A DNA stretch of 43,214 nucleotides from positions 8,318 through 51,531 of the forward strand of contig MHTJ01000002.1 in assembly GCA_001823065.1 (NCBI GenBank), in the 5' to 3' direction. Under the pieces are notes generated by a model. It did no database searches. It saw only the letters and a program-made list of their open reading frames with translations, and was not told where the DNA came from. Below, piece after piece: positions 24,733 through 33,664 of this stretch. Position numbers and translations under genes: made by a program. Within the stretch, counting starts at the first letter, position 1. Every line of letters starts with the position of its first letter. Source of the DNA: Candidatus Vogelbacteria bacterium RIFOXYD1_FULL_44_32. GTDB lineage: Bacteria > Patescibacteriota > Minisyncoccia > Phycocordibacterales > XYD1-FULL-46-19.

Positions 24733-24766
24733 AATTAAAAGTAAAGCCCTAAACGGGCTAGGTACA

Positions 24767-24795
24767 AGCTTATCAACAAAAGAGGGGTATGTCAA
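24767..24795 (-). promoter_or_regulatory. Possible internal promoter between element B and rpsN
   Basis: On the minus strand, TTGACA (24790-24795) is followed by a 17-nt spacer and TAAGCT (24767-24772). This is about 35 nt upstream of the rpsN ATG. The -10 box is weak. Confidence 0.3.
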
Positions 24796-24846
24796 ACCAA
24801 ACCTAAACTATGAGATTTGTTGTTTTTAAAAAATAACCTATTCCCC

Positions 24847-25020
24847 AACCCAGCGAGCCTAGTTCCGTTTCAAAACCTTGCGGAGCTGTCGGCCGGCATG
24901 GTTTTGGCCTTTGGCGAAGCCGGTTGCGTAGCAACGAGGCCAAACGGCCCCGGCGGAGCAGAAGAAAACCACTCGCTGGAGTGGTTGGCTGTGTTTTGAA
25001 ACGGAAGCTAGGCGAGCGCC
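24847..25020 (-). repeat. Structured intergenic element B (~174 nt), overlapping the rplE 3' end
   Basis: It belongs to the same family as A and C. The outer stem pairs 24857-24876 with 24993-25013. The rplE stop codon (25008-25010) lies inside the element's CTAG. Confidence 0.7.
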
Positions 25021-25553
25021 TTTTTGAACGGAAACCCAATCTGCTTGAAAAACTCAAGTGCCTGTTTTTTGTCCGTAGCGGTCGTAACAATAGTCACCGA
25101 CATTCCAAACACATCTTTAATTTCCTCATCAGTCGTCTCGGGAAAAACAATGTGCTCGCGAATACCAATCGTCAGATTGCCCATATCGTCGATACTGGTT
25201 TCAGTGTAACCTTTGAAATCCCGCATTCGAGGCATAGCAATATTGAAAAGTTTGTCGAGAAATTTGTACATCCGGGGACCACGCAAAGTGGAAGCCACCC
25301 CAATAATATCCCCTTGGCGTAGTTTAAAGGTGGCAATCGATTGTTTGGCCCCGCGTAAAGCGGCTTTTTGACCAGTGATTTTAGACAAGCGGTCGGCCAC
25401 TAGCTCGTTGCGCTTCTTATCCTTGGCTTTGCCAGTCCCCGATGAAACCACCACTTTGACCAAGCGGGGTAAGGCATTGTTGTTTTTAACCCCCAGCGCT
25501 TTTTTGAGCTCGGGCTTTAGCTTTTCAATTTTATCTTTAAGCGAAATAATCAT
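25008..25553 (-). CDS. rplE: 50S ribosomal protein L5
   Basis: The 181-aa ORF has L5 family motifs. The C-terminus reads ...IGFPFKK-ALA*, and the last three codons and the stop lie within element B. Confidence 0.93.
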   Translation of the reverse strand: MIISLKDKIEKLKPELKKALGVKNNNALPRLVKVVVSSGTGKAKDKKRNELVADRLSKITGQKAALRGAKQSIATFKLRQGDIIGVASTLRGPRMYKFLDKLFNIAMPRMRDFKGYTETSIDDMGNLTIGIREHIVFPETTDEEIKDVFGMSVTIVTTATDKKQALEFFKQIGFPFKKALA

Positions 25554-25561
25554 AAGCGTCT

Positions 25562-25831
25562 TTATTTTTTAGCAATTTTAGTCTTAACAGTTTTCTTGGC
25601 CAGCTTGGTCGCTAACTTCACATTGGAAGCATGAATCGGGGCCGATATTTTGACGGTTTGGCCAGTATCTTTGTTGGTACGAGCCCGGACCCGACGGTTT
25701 TTTAGGTTAAGACCTTCAACAATAACCAGCTGGCGCACCGGTAAAGCCCGCACAATTTTGCCAGTTTTGCCTTTGTCCTTACCGGTAACCACGGTCACCA
25801 TATCGCCCTTTTTTACGTGTAATGTGTTCAT
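25562..25831 (-). CDS. rplX: 50S ribosomal protein L24
   Basis: The KOW motif HVKKGDMVTVVTGKDKGKTGKI is present, and the operon position fits. Confidence 0.92.
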   Translation of the reverse strand: MNTLHVKKGDMVTVVTGKDKGKTGKIVRALPVRQLVIVEGLNLKNRRVRARTNKDTGQTVKISAPIHASNVKLATKLAKKTVKTKIAKK

Positions 25832-25840
25832 AAATAAAAA

Positions 25841-26212
25841 TTAAACAACTTCCGGCGCCAATGAAGCGATTTTTTGATAACCTTTTTCTTGAATTTCACG
25901 CGGAATCGGTCCGAAAATACGTCCCCCTTTAGGGTCTTGTTTGCCTTTTTCAATAATCACCACTGCGTTTTCATCAAACCGAACATAGGAACCATCTTTA
26001 CGACGGAAAGGTTTAGTTTGGCGAACAACCACCGCCTGGACGACATCTTTTTTCTTCACCGCCTTGCGTGGCTCAGCGGTTTGAATAGACATAACCACCA
26101 AATCACCAATTTCCGCATACCGCTTTTTTGATCCACCAAGCACCTTGAACACCCGGCCGATTTTGGCCCCGGTATTGTCGGCTATTTTTACGATGGACTG
26201 TGGTTGAATCAT
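25841..26212 (-). CDS. rplN: 50S ribosomal protein L14
   Basis: The translation begins [17 protein letters not shown], is 123 aa long, and the operon position fits. Confidence 0.95.
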   Translation of the reverse strand: MIQPQSIVKIADNTGAKIGRVFKVLGGSKKRYAEIGDLVVMSIQTAEPRKAVKKKDVVQAVVVRQTKPFRRKDGSYVRFDENAVVIIEKGKQDPKGGRIFGPIPREIQEKGYQKIASLAPEVV

Positions 26213-26218
26213 ATTAGT

Positions 26219-26470
26219 TTAGCTTATTACCACAAAATGTTTATCCTTGGACATCGGTTTAACTTCCTTGATCGTCACTGTGTCCCCCACCTTGTAGGCA
26301 TTGGTTTCATCGTGTGCCTTAAACTTTTTGTGTTTAGTTTGAAATTTACCGTATTTGGCGTGCTGTTTGAAAGTCGCCACTTCTACCACCACGGTTTTAT
26401 TCATCTTGTCCGAGACAACTTTACCCTTGAAAATTTTGCCTTCGATTTTTTTGTTAGTAGTATCAGTCAT
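26219..26470 (-). CDS. rpsQ: 30S ribosomal protein S17
   Basis: The 83-aa translation contains GKVVSDKMNKTVVVEV...HKKFKAHDE. Confidence 0.92.
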   Translation of the reverse strand: MTDTTNKKIEGKIFKGKVVSDKMNKTVVVEVATFKQHAKYGKFQTKHKKFKAHDETNAYKVGDTVTIKEVKPMSKDKHFVVIS

Positions 26471-26479
26471 AAAACAATG

Positions 26480-26686
26480 TTATACCTTAGCTTTTTTTTG
26501 GCTCTCGCGCAAGATGGTCAAAATTCGCGCCACCACTTTACGAGTATTTCGACCTTCCTTGACGTCTTTAGTTTTAGCCCCGGCGACCCCAAAACGAAAG
26601 GCTAACAAGGCCTCTCTTTTGGTCTGTAAAAGTTTTTTTAGGTCTACTTCACTTTTTTTACGTAAATCTTTAGTGTCCATAGTCAT
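26480..26686 (-). CDS. rpmC: 50S ribosomal protein L29
   Basis: The 68-aa translation contains DLRKKSEVDLKKLLQTKREALLAFRF. Confidence 0.9.
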   Translation of the reverse strand: MTMDTKDLRKKSEVDLKKLLQTKREALLAFRFGVAGAKTKDVKEGRNTRKVVARILTILRESQKKAKV

Positions 26687-26689
26687 TTA

Positions 26690-27109
26690 TTAGCGGGCAA
26701 CAATCCTAGTCTTGACTGGTAGCTTGGCCCCCGCTTTACGTAAAGCCTCACGCGAGGTCACCTCATCTAAACCATCAAGCTCAAAAATAAGCCGACCTGG
26801 TAAAACCTCCACTTCATAGCCCTGCGGGTCACCCTTACCCTTACCCATACCAACTTCCGCGGCTTTAGCGGTAAATGGTCGGTCGGGGAAAATTCTAATC
26901 CAGAGCTTACCTTTTTTCTGCATTTGACGCGTGATAGTCTTACGCGCCGCTTCAATCTGGTTGGAGCGAATGCGGGCCACACCATCGGCTTTGAGGCCAA
27001 AAGAGCCAAACGCCATCTTAATACCGCGTGTTGCTACCCGCTTCTTGTCTGGGTTGACCCGCCCGGTCTGCCATTTGCGGTGTTTAACTTTTTTAGGAAA
27101 GAGAGACAT
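26690..27109 (-). CDS. rplP: 50S ribosomal protein L16
   Basis: The 139-aa translation contains PKKVKHRKWQTGR...FGSFGLKA...IEAARK. Confidence 0.94.
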   Translation of the reverse strand: MSLFPKKVKHRKWQTGRVNPDKKRVATRGIKMAFGSFGLKADGVARIRSNQIEAARKTITRQMQKKGKLWIRIFPDRPFTAKAAEVGMGKGKGDPQGYEVEVLPGRLIFELDGLDEVTSREALRKAGAKLPVKTRIVAR

Positions 27110-27112
27110 AAT

Positions 27113-27772
27113 TTATTTATTATCAAATATCTCACCACGGTAAATCCACACCTTGACCCCAATCACACCATAAGGCAAATAAGCTTTTTCCCGGGCAAAG
27201 TCCACGTCGGCCCGCAAGGTCTGCAGGGGCACCCGGCCCGCTTTCTGTGATTCACGTCGGCCCATTTCTGCCCCACCTAAGCGACCGGACAAATTTATTT
27301 TAACCCCCTCGACATTGCGTTGGGCCATCACCTTTTCAATTGTCTGCTTCATAATCCGGCGGAAGGGCATCCGCTTTTCCAAAGCTTCAGCAATCATATA
27401 ACCCACAATCGCGGCATGGGCTTCAGCATCTTTAATTTCCTCGACATCAACTTTTACTTCTTTGGGAATAGAATTACCAATCCGCTTCATCTCTTTTAGG
27501 ATATCAACTTTTAGTTTAGTTGAACCTTCACCCGAGCGCCCAATAACCATACCTGGGCGAGAGGTCTTGATAATAATCCGGTAAACATTTTCACTGCGCT
27601 CAATTTCCACCACATCGACATATAAACCACGTAAACGTTTGGTCAAATATTCCCGCAACAGGATATCCGTCTTTAAATATTCTTGATATTTACCACGCGC
27701 ACCAAACCAGCGAGACTTCCAGTCTCTAATAATTCCTAAGCGATGTGAATATGGATGAACGCTGTGTGTCAT
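27113..27772 (-). CDS. rpsC: 30S ribosomal protein S3
   Basis: The 219-aa ORF has KH-domain motifs. It contains HPYSHRLGIIRDWKSRWF and GRLGGAEMGRRE. Confidence 0.94.
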   Translation of the reverse strand: MTHSVHPYSHRLGIIRDWKSRWFGARGKYQEYLKTDILLREYLTKRLRGLYVDVVEIERSENVYRIIIKTSRPGMVIGRSGEGSTKLKVDILKEMKRIGNSIPKEVKVDVEEIKDAEAHAAIVGYMIAEALEKRMPFRRIMKQTIEKVMAQRNVEGVKINLSGRLGGAEMGRRESQKAGRVPLQTLRADVDFAREKAYLPYGVIGVKVWIYRGEIFDNK

Positions 27773-27775
27773 AAT

Positions 27776-28162
27776 TTATTTTTTAGTCACTTTAGCGGTG
27801 GTTTTTTTCTCTGCTTTAGCAATTTTTACTACCTCTGCCTTGACCCCTAAGACGACATTGATATGACTAGTACGGTGACGGAGGGGGGTGGCTCGGCCCC
27901 TGGCCCGCGGTAGAAATCGCTTCATGACTACTCCTTTATCAACCCGAATTTCTTTAATAAAAAGGTCTTCTAGTTTAGCTTTAAAATTATTCTCGGCATT
28001 GGCCACCGCTGAGTCAATCAGTTTTTTCATCGGCACGGCCGCTCGTTTGTCGGCAAAGCCAAGTTCGATCAAAGCGGAACGAACACTTTTACCCCGCACC
28101 AAATCGGCCAGTAATCTAACTTTGCGGGGAGCTTGGCGATAATTGGACAGTGAGGCTTTCAT
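27776..28162 (-). CDS. rplV: 50S ribosomal protein L22
   Basis: The 128-aa translation contains YRQAPRKVRLLADLVRGKSV. Confidence 0.92.
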   Translation of the reverse strand: MKASLSNYRQAPRKVRLLADLVRGKSVRSALIELGFADKRAAVPMKKLIDSAVANAENNFKAKLEDLFIKEIRVDKGVVMKRFLPRARGRATPLRHRTSHINVVLGVKAEVVKIAKAEKKTTAKVTKK

Positions 28163-28168
28163 CCCAGA

Positions 28169-28510
28169 TTATTTTTTAGTATCAGACGGAGTCTTAGCCG
28201 CTTTGGCCGCCACAATTTCCGCCTCCTTCTTTTTTTGTTCTAATTCCTTCTGCATCTTACCGCCATGGCGATAAAACTTTTTAGTCGGAGAAAATTCACC
28301 CAAACGATGGCCAACCATTTCTTCCGACACAAAAACCTCAATATGATCTTTGCCATTATGAACACCAAAAGTAAACCCAACCATTTCTGGGGCAATTTGA
28401 CTGCGGCGGGCCCAGGTCTTGATCGTTCCACCAGCACCGGGCTTCTTGTCCGCAATTTTTTTCATTAACTTTTCGTCCAAAAATGGACCTTTTTTAAGTG
28501 ATCGAGGCAT
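28169..28510 (-). CDS. rpsS: 30S ribosomal protein S19 with a Lys-rich C-terminal extension
   Basis: The translation contains [19 protein letters not shown]...[10 protein letters not shown]. An extra ~20-aa basic tail is present. Confidence 0.92.
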   Translation of the reverse strand: MPRSLKKGPFLDEKLMKKIADKKPGAGGTIKTWARRSQIAPEMVGFTFGVHNGKDHIEVFVSEEMVGHRLGEFSPTKKFYRHGGKMQKELEQKKKEAEIVAAKAAKTPSDTKK

Positions 28511-28586
28511 ATTTCAAAAAAAATCGGGCGGCAGATCACCCGACCGTAAGCACGGGAATATATTAGCAGATAAAGGGATAATGTCA

Positions 28587-28619
28587 AACCCCCAGTTTGG
28601 CTTGGCCAAACTGGGGGTT
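28587..28619 (-). other. GC-rich perfect hairpin in the rplB-rpsS spacer
   Basis: The hairpin aacccccagtttggc-ttg-gccaaactgggggtt has a 15-bp stem. No long U-run follows it on the transcribed strand. The 130-nt spacer is unusually long for this gene junction. Confidence 0.5.
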
Positions 28620-28640
28620 GATTTTGTTACTGATTGATAT

Positions 28641-29477
28641 TTATCTCTTGGTCTTACGTCTTGTTACAATAAATTTGTTGGAATATTTCTTGGACCGGCG
28701 AGTGCGCACACCGTAGGCCTGCTTACCTTCACGGGTCTTAGGACCACGGCGTAGGCCAATCCCCTGACGACCTTCACCACCACCGTGGGGGTGATCAACC
28801 GGGTTCATCGCTGAACCACGAACAGTCGGCCGAATACCCTTCCAGCGACTTTTACCAGCCTTGCCAAAATTAGCCAATTTATATTCCTCATTCGAAACCG
28901 CCCCAACGGAGGCCCAGGCATTTTCATTGATCCGGCGGACTTCGCCTGAAGGCATTTTTACACTAGTATAGCCAATGTCATTGGCGAGGACCTCGGCATA
29001 TGAGCCAGCCGAACGAACCAATCTAGCTCCTCCGTCTGGTTTTAATTCAATATTATAAACAAAAGTACCCGAAGCAATTTTTTTAAGGGGCAAGCGATTG
29101 CCGATTTTTACATCCGCCCCAGCGTCCACAACAAAAGTATCCCCCACTTTCATATTTTGAGGCACCACAATATAGCGATATTCACCGTCCTTATAGCAAA
29201 CCAGGGCAATAAAAGCCGAACGATTTGGGTCATATTCCACTGATTTTATAATAGCGGGAATAGCTCGTTTGTCGTATTTAAAATCAATTAGACGCAAAGT
29301 CCGCTTGTGACCACCACCCTTGTGGCGAACAGTAATCCGCCCTTGGTTATTGCGTCCCGAACCACGTTTTTTACCTTTAGTTAAGGATTTTTTGGGCTTG
29401 TTGGTCGTCAAAACCCCTTTATAGGTAACAACGGACATTTGCCGTCGTGATGGAGTTGTTGGTGAAAAAGTTTTCAT
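28641..29477 (-). CDS. rplB: 50S ribosomal protein L2
   Basis: The 278-aa translation contains GRNNQGRITVRHKGGGHKR and NPVDHPHGGGEGR. Confidence 0.95.
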   Translation of the reverse strand: MKTFSPTTPSRRQMSVVTYKGVLTTNKPKKSLTKGKKRGSGRNNQGRITVRHKGGGHKRTLRLIDFKYDKRAIPAIIKSVEYDPNRSAFIALVCYKDGEYRYIVVPQNMKVGDTFVVDAGADVKIGNRLPLKKIASGTFVYNIELKPDGGARLVRSAGSYAEVLANDIGYTSVKMPSGEVRRINENAWASVGAVSNEEYKLANFGKAGKSRWKGIRPTVRGSAMNPVDHPHGGGEGRQGIGLRRGPKTREGKQAYGVRTRRSKKYSNKFIVTRRKTKR

Positions 29478-29486
29478 ATTTGTAGA

Positions 29487-29786
29487 CTAAATAAAATCAA
29501 TTTTACTGCCTTTAGCCAAATAAACCAGCGCTTTTTTTACCCCCGCCGTGACCCCTTTTTTGCCCCGAACAACCACTTTTTTACGAGGTAGATTAACAAT
29601 ATTTACCTTGAGAGGTGTGACCCCATACTTTTCCTTGATTGCACGCGCAATGGCTATTTTACCAGCTCCGGCGGCCACTTCAAAAGTATAAACAGGCTCT
29701 ATTCTTTCAGTCAAAGCCGATGCCTTTTCGGTAATCCGCGGACGGGTCAAGATAACTGCTCCAGTTGTAAGTTGTTGTTTAGCCAT
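29487..29786 (-). CDS. rplW: 50S ribosomal protein L23
   Basis: The 99-aa translation contains ILTRPRITEKAS...YTFEV, and the operon position fits. Confidence 0.9.
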   Translation of the reverse strand: MAKQQLTTGAVILTRPRITEKASALTERIEPVYTFEVAAGAGKIAIARAIKEKYGVTPLKVNIVNLPRKKVVVRGKKGVTAGVKKALVYLAKGSKIDFI

Positions 29787-29791
29787 ATAAT

Positions 29792-30454
29792 TTATTTAAC
29801 TCGACCCACCAAAGTCTGAAGTGAATCTTTCGGCGAAACAACGACAATATATTTATAATTCATTAAATCAAGGGGGTTAGCATTACGCGCCTCCTCCACT
29901 TTAATACTTTTAAAATTACGAAAACTTAACAGCGTATTATCATTTTTCTCGGGCAAAGCAACATAAGCTCGCTTGCCAGTTTTGTAGGAAATTTTCTCCA
30001 AACCCTTTATCCCTGCTAGTGAATTAACAGCCTTTTGAGCTTCACTGGCTTTAGGAGTAGCAAAAGATAAGTCCGCCACAAAAACCAATTCGCCATCACG
30101 TAATTTCCGCGACAAAATAGTAAACAGGGCTTTGGTTTTCATTTTTTTATTGATTTTGCAGGCAAATTCACGTTCATTACGTGGACCATGAGCCACACCA
30201 CCACCCACCCAGATAGGTGACCGAGTAGAGCCATGGCGGGCACGCCCCGTCCCTTTTTGGCGCCAAGGTTTTTTGCCACCCCCCGACACCTCACCTCGAC
30301 TTTTAGTATGAGCCACATTGACACGAGCATTGTTTTGCATACTCGTTATAACTTGGTGCACTAAATCTGCGTTCCACTTCAAACCAAAAAGCTTATCGTC
30401 GAGCGAAATCTTTCCTTCTTCCTGACCACTTTTATTATAAATTTTTGCCTCCAT
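29792..30454 (-). CDS. rplD: 50S ribosomal protein L4
   Basis: The likely start is the ATG at 30454 ([10 protein letters not shown]); the ORF track begins at an upstream TTG. The translation contains [19 protein letters not shown]. Confidence 0.92.
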   Translation of the reverse strand: MEAKIYNKSGQEEGKISLDDKLFGLKWNADLVHQVITSMQNNARVNVAHTKSRGEVSGGGKKPWRQKGTGRARHGSTRSPIWVGGGVAHGPRNEREFACKINKKMKTKALFTILSRKLRDGELVFVADLSFATPKASEAQKAVNSLAGIKGLEKISYKTGKRAYVALPEKNDNTLLSFRNFKSIKVEEARNANPLDLMNYKYIVVVSPKDSLQTLVGRVK

Positions 30455-30477
30455 AATATTAATTTGCAATAGACAAT

Positions 30478-31104
30478 TTAACCGCGAATTTCCACCACTG
30501 TACCACGCCGACCAGGGATTGAACCAGAAACAAAAAGTTTATTACTATCTTTATCAATCTTAACGATCTTTATGGTCTTTTGCGTAACCAAATCACTACC
30601 CATTCGACCGGCCATCCGCTTGCCTTTAAAAACTCGTTGCATACCACCCGCCCCGATCGAACCAGGCTCTCGCTCCGAATGTTTTTGACCATGAGAGCGG
30701 GGGCCCCCATGAAAACCATGGCGCTTGACCACGCCCTGAAAACCTTTACCCTTAGACACCCCAGACACCGTGACATCATCCCCCTCAGTAAAAACTGAAG
30801 TATCAAGAGTGTCCCCAACTTTTACCTCACCCAGACCGGCTTCTACTCGATATTCACGGATAAGCTCAAAACCCATGCCCTCACTTGGCTTAGTGGCCTT
30901 GATATGACCTTGAACCGATTTGGACAAACGGGCAATTTTACGTTCACCAAAACCAAATTGAACTGCTTCATAACCATCCTGGTCATTGGTTCTTACCTGG
31001 GTCACAGTCAAGGGACCAACCGCAATAATCGTACCAGCAATAACCCGACCATCGTCAGTGAAAATTTGGGTCATTTGTTCTTTTTTACCTAAAAGAAATT
31101 TCAT
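30478..31104 (-). CDS. rplC: 50S ribosomal protein L3
   Basis: The 208-aa translation contains LGKKEQMTQIF...GVSKGKGFQGVVKRHGF. Confidence 0.94.
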   Translation of the reverse strand: MKFLLGKKEQMTQIFTDDGRVIAGTIIAVGPLTVTQVRTNDQDGYEAVQFGFGERKIARLSKSVQGHIKATKPSEGMGFELIREYRVEAGLGEVKVGDTLDTSVFTEGDDVTVSGVSKGKGFQGVVKRHGFHGGPRSHGQKHSEREPGSIGAGGMQRVFKGKRMAGRMGSDLVTQKTIKIVKIDKDSNKLFVSGSIPGRRGTVVEIRG

Positions 31105-31164
31105 TGTTGTTGTCGTAAAGTTGTCAGGTTAATATCTATCACGAAATTCGATCCGTGTCTAATT

Positions 31165-31196
31165 CTGACACCGCCCGGCTAGCCGGGCGGTGTCAG
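31165..31196 (-). other. Perfect 32-nt GC-rich palindrome in the rpsJ-rplC spacer
   Basis: The sequence is ctgacaccgcccggct|agccgggcggtgtcag. It lies 20 nt after the rpsJ stop. No U-run follows it on the transcribed strand. Confidence 0.5.
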
Positions 31197-31216
31197 TCAA
31201 GACATATATCTTCTAC

Positions 31217-31576
31217 CTAAACCATTTTGACATCAATATTGACGCCACTGGGTAAGTTCAAGTTTGTTAGACTTTCAATGATTTTCGGCGATGGGCTCAA
31301 GATATCAATTAGACGTTTGTGAACTCTCATTTCAAATTGTTCACGCGAATTCTTGTCAATAAAGCTTGAGCGATTGACCGTATATTTTTTGATTTCAGTC
31401 GGCAGTGGAATAGGACCATGGATAGTAGCATCATAACGAATAGCCGTATCAATAATCTGTTTTACACTGGCGTCTAGTACCTTGTTTTCATAAGCTGAAA
31501 CTCGGATACGAAGTTTACCGGTATCGGCGTCGTTACCTTTTTTTACCTTTTTCGATTTGAGAGTAGCTGTGGCCAT
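31217..31576 (-). CDS. rpsJ: 30S ribosomal protein S10 with an N-terminal extension
   Basis: The translation contains LRIRVSAYENKVLDASVKQIIDTAIRYDATIHGPIPLPT...FEMRVHKRLIDI. Confidence 0.93.
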   Translation of the reverse strand: MATATLKSKKVKKGNDADTGKLRIRVSAYENKVLDASVKQIIDTAIRYDATIHGPIPLPTEIKKYTVNRSSFIDKNSREQFEMRVHKRLIDILSPSPKIIESLTNLNLPSGVNIDVKMV

Positions 31577-31603
31577 TTTTAATCAATAAACAAACAGGAT
31601 AAT

Positions 31604-32803
31604 TTAAGCGTTGATTTTAGTCACCACTCCAGCTCCCACAGTGCGACCGCCTTCGCGAATAGCAAAACGAGTCTGGTCTTCCATGGCGACCGGTGCCACT
31701 AGTTTAACTTTAAACTTCACAGTATCACCCGGCATAACCATTTTAACATCGTCGGCTAAAGTTACTTCCCCAGTAACATCAGTGGTCCGAATATAAAACT
31801 GGGGTTTATAACCAGTAAAGAACGGTGTATGACGACCTCCTTCTTCTTTGTTTAGGATGTAAACCTCGGCTTCAAAATCAGTATGGGGAGTCACTGAACC
31901 TGGTTTGGCTAGAACTTGTCCCCGAGTAATATCTTCCTTCTTAGAACCGCGAAGCAAAATACCAGCATTGTCGCCAGCTCGCCCCTCGTCCAAAGATTTG
32001 TTAAACATTTCAATCCCAGTCACGGTCGTCTTTTTAGTATCACCAAGGCCAATGATTTCGATTTCCTCACCAACTTTGACAATACCGCGTTCGATCCGAC
32101 CAGTGACCACCGTCCCTCGGCCTTCAATCGAGAAAATATCTTCAACCGGCATTAGAAATGGTTTGTCGGTTTCGCGAACTGGCTCTGGAATATACTCATC
32201 AACTGTATCCATGAGTTCCAATACCTTCTTGGCATTTTCATCATCAGCCGATGTAGCCGCTAAAGCTTTTAGACCAGACCCTCGGATAACCGGAGCGTCT
32301 TTGTCAAAACCTTGTTTAGCGAGTAATTCGCGGATTTCTTCCTCCACCATGTCGATCATGTCTGGGTCATCTACCATATCGCACTTGTTGAGAAAGACGA
32401 CTATTTTAGGTACGCCCACTTGCCTTGCAAGCAAAATGTGTTCGCGAGTCTGAGGCATAGCGCCATCAGTAGCGGCGACTACCAAGATTGCACCGTCCAT
32501 CTGGGCGGCCCCGGTAATCATGTTTTTGATATAGTCAGCGTGGCCCGGAGCATCAATGTGAGCATAGTGACGCTTTGGGGTCCAGTACTCTGAGTGGTGA
32601 AGCGCAATGGTTATCCCGCGGGCTTTTTCTTCAGGGGCGTTGTCAATACCATCAACACCCTCTACTCGCGCCCCATAACCCTTGTCCTTATTCATATCCA
32701 GGACATGGAGAATAGAAGCGGTCAAAGTAGTCTTGCCGTGGTCAACGTGACCAATAGTGCCGATGTTTAAATGCGGCTTGGAACGATCAAATGCATCTGC
32801 CAT
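31604..32803 (-). CDS. tuf: Elongation factor Tu
   Basis: The family-typical start [27 protein letters not shown] is at ATG 32803. The ORF track begins 13 codons upstream. G1-G4 motifs are present. Confidence 0.96.
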   Translation of the reverse strand: MADAFDRSKPHLNIGTIGHVDHGKTTLTASILHVLDMNKDKGYGARVEGVDGIDNAPEEKARGITIALHHSEYWTPKRHYAHIDAPGHADYIKNMITGAAQMDGAILVVAATDGAMPQTREHILLARQVGVPKIVVFLNKCDMVDDPDMIDMVEEEIRELLAKQGFDKDAPVIRGSGLKALAATSADDENAKKVLELMDTVDEYIPEPVRETDKPFLMPVEDIFSIEGRGTVVTGRIERGIVKVGEEIEIIGLGDTKKTTVTGIEMFNKSLDEGRAGDNAGILLRGSKKEDITRGQVLAKPGSVTPHTDFEAEVYILNKEEGGRHTPFFTGYKPQFYIRTTDVTGEVTLADDVKMVMPGDTVKFKVKLVAPVAMEDQTRFAIREGGRTVGAGVVTKINA

Positions 32804-32974
32804 AACTTTATTGATTAAATAATTTTTATAATAAACAAACAATTTTCGTGCTCAAGCTGAATTTTGAACTGTCCAAAAACCAGATTGAGCACGCAAACAC
32901 ACTAATAAAAAGCACGCGCAAGGCGTGGATATATGATAGCAGAGAAGAGACTAATGTCAAATTAGACCAAATTA

Positions 32975-33008
32975 AATGACGTTGGGGGCATTCGCCCCCA
33001 ACGTCATT
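32975..33008 (-). terminator. Hairpin terminator of the ORF inserted between fusA and tuf
   Basis: The hairpin aatgacgttggggg-cattc-gcccccaacgtcatt lies 5 nt after the stop codon. It is followed on the minus strand by the U-rich ttaatttggtctaattt. Confidence 0.6.
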
Positions 33009-33013
33009 GATCC

Positions 33014-33514
33014 CTAGGGCATCCGTTGCTCGGCTTTTACCATGTCGAGCAGTATCCCAACCTTGATTTGGAAAGACCCAAATCCATACGTATCGTCAAG
33101 CGTCAATCGACTCTTCATTTCTTGAGCCAAAAACCGGCGCGCCCTCATGATAGACTCCCTCTTATCGTCGGAACATGGACTAGGGAGCACCTCCGGGAAA
33201 AGAATATCGCCGTTTTCATCCTTTGGCCACTTGATGTGAGCCAAAAGTAGGTCTGGATGATTCTCGTGGGGCGATAGATACCGCCTCAACGCAGACTCAT
33301 AGTGAGTCTTTAAAACCCCGACATCAAAGAAATCTGGCACCTGGTCCAGACTTTCCAGCCGGAAAAAGTGAACGTGCTGGCACAGGGCCGAGAGTATCGC
33401 TACCCTCTTGAGCCAGACAACACTCGCTCTGACCGGTTCGCCCTTAAATTCTTGGAAAAGGGCTTCCTTGAAGGTCGGGTCCCCATGACTATCCACCTCT
33501 AGTGGAAAACTCAC
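33014..33514 (-). CDS. Hypothetical cytoplasmic protein inserted in the str operon (SD-led)
   Basis: The ORF runs 33014-33523. GGAGG at 33524-33528 favours the GTG at 33514 (9-nt spacing). The product is about 166 aa with no TM segment or signal peptide, and I recognise no family. A hand count of line 33361 gives 33/60 GC. Confidence 0.55.
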   Translation of the reverse strand: MSFPLEVDSHGDPTFKEALFQEFKGEPVRASVVWLKRVAILSALCQHVHFFRLESLDQVPDFFDVGVLKTHYESALRRYLSPHENHPDLLLAHIKWPKDENGDILFPEVLPSPCSDDKRESIMRARRFLAQEMKSRLTLDDTYGFGSFQIKVGILLDMVKAEQRMP

Positions 33515-33584
33515 AACAATCACCTCCTCTCGGTGTAGTTTTGGTTGCGATTAGAACAAGACTAGCCTATTTTTAGCACAACTT

Positions 33585-33619
33585 AATTCCCCCCGCCAGC
33601 GGAGCTGGCGGGGGGAATT
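33585..33619 (-). terminator. GC-rich hairpin downstream of fusA
   Basis: The hairpin aattccccccgccag-cggag-ctggcggggggaatt lies about 45 nt after the fusA stop. The U-tract on the transcribed strand is weak. Confidence 0.5.
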
Positions 33620-33664
33620 AAATTTTTACTATTGATTTTTTGCTTTCAGTTTTGCCTTTCCTGC

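Noticed and set aside
32804-32842. N-terminal extensions in the ORF track for tuf (to 32842), rplF (to 24164), rpsN (to 24795), rplD (to 30469) and the surface protein (to 6135).
   Set aside because: In each case an internal ATG gives the family-typical N-terminus or signal peptide. The extension would overlap the upstream gene or spacer.
32975-33619. The idea that the GC-rich hairpins flanking the SD-led ORFs are integron attC sites, which would make these ORFs gene cassettes.
   Set aside because: - The hairpins lack the RYYYAAC/GTTRRRY core sites and the extrahelical-base architecture of attC.
- They are explained as ordinary terminators.
- There is no integron integrase.
- The ORFs are dispersed rather than arrayed.
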